DNA of 63,798 nucleotides, counting the filler, from Octopus bimaculoides (Eukaryota), in assembly GCF_001194135.2 (NCBI RefSeq). It is 3 parts of 3 records of this genome, joined end to end, with 100 filler letters (N's around TTAATTAATTAA, not from the genome) between each part and the next. Parts side by side here need not be neighbours in the genome. Positions count along the whole stretch, not along the records: positions 62,620 to 63,798 come from NW_026353857.1; 2 more parts are not named here. One strand, 5' to 3'. Under the pieces are notes generated by a model. That model saw only the letters and a program-made list of their open reading frames with translations, was not told the origin of the DNA and did not search any database. This document shows, piece after piece, positions 63,554-63,798 of the stretch. Position 1 is the stretch's first letter. Each line of letters begins with the position of its first letter. The position numbers and the translations under genes are program-made.

Positions 63554-63740
63554 TTAATAATAATAATAATAATAATAACATCAGCAAAAATACCTTAGGA
63601 ATAAGAACCTAGGGTTGGGTTCAAAATTCTACCAGGACACCTGATGAAGGCAAGAGAGTAAACCAGCTGAAACATTGTGGTAACAACAAACAAGATGAGG
63701 ACAAATATCCGTCAAATGTAAATAATGTAAATAATGTAGA
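63520..63740 (+). mobile_element. (AAT)n followed by a Penelope-like terminus with hammerhead core (63637-63680)
   Basis: acac CTGATGA aggc...agct GAA ACAT t gtg, with a canonical CUGAUGA/GAAA core. Confidence 0.6.
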
Positions 63741-63798
63741 GAGTTCTTCATCTCAAAAATATAGAACAGTATTCACATAAAGAATCTTGCAAACCAAG

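Overview
AT-rich, gap-riddled eukaryotic DNA made almost entirely of microsatellites and transposable-element remnants. The SINE and LINE families resemble, from memory, those of octopod cephalopods (likely Octopus); this is inference, not a database match. No complete or confidently identifiable host gene is present, only a few low-confidence candidate exons. Two identical artificial spacers (N44-TTAATTAATTAA-N44 at 31985-32084 and 62520-62619) show the window is three concatenated scaffolds. Segment 1 (1-31984) looks CpG-depleted. It carries three mariner and one Tc1 transposase remnants (all minus strand; one full-length with both TIRs), RTE LINE fragments, several tRNA-derived SINEs and MITEs (foldback, piggyBac-type, hAT-type). 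Segment 2 (32085-62519) is visibly richer in CpG. It carries CR1-clade LINEs (one apparently internally deleted), an R4/Dong-like RLE retrotransposon, Penelope-like termini and several long near-perfect hairpins. The most interesting signals are: (1) several hammerhead-ribozyme-like three-way junctions sharing one architecture but with canonical and non-canonical cores; (2) a retrozyme-like direct-repeat element; (3) a tRNA-like palindrome; (4) a modular SINE with a microsatellite hinge and alternative tails; (5) a PHD-like Cys/His motif inside RTE ORF2. Nearly all entries in the supplied ORF track are microsatellite or gap artefacts.
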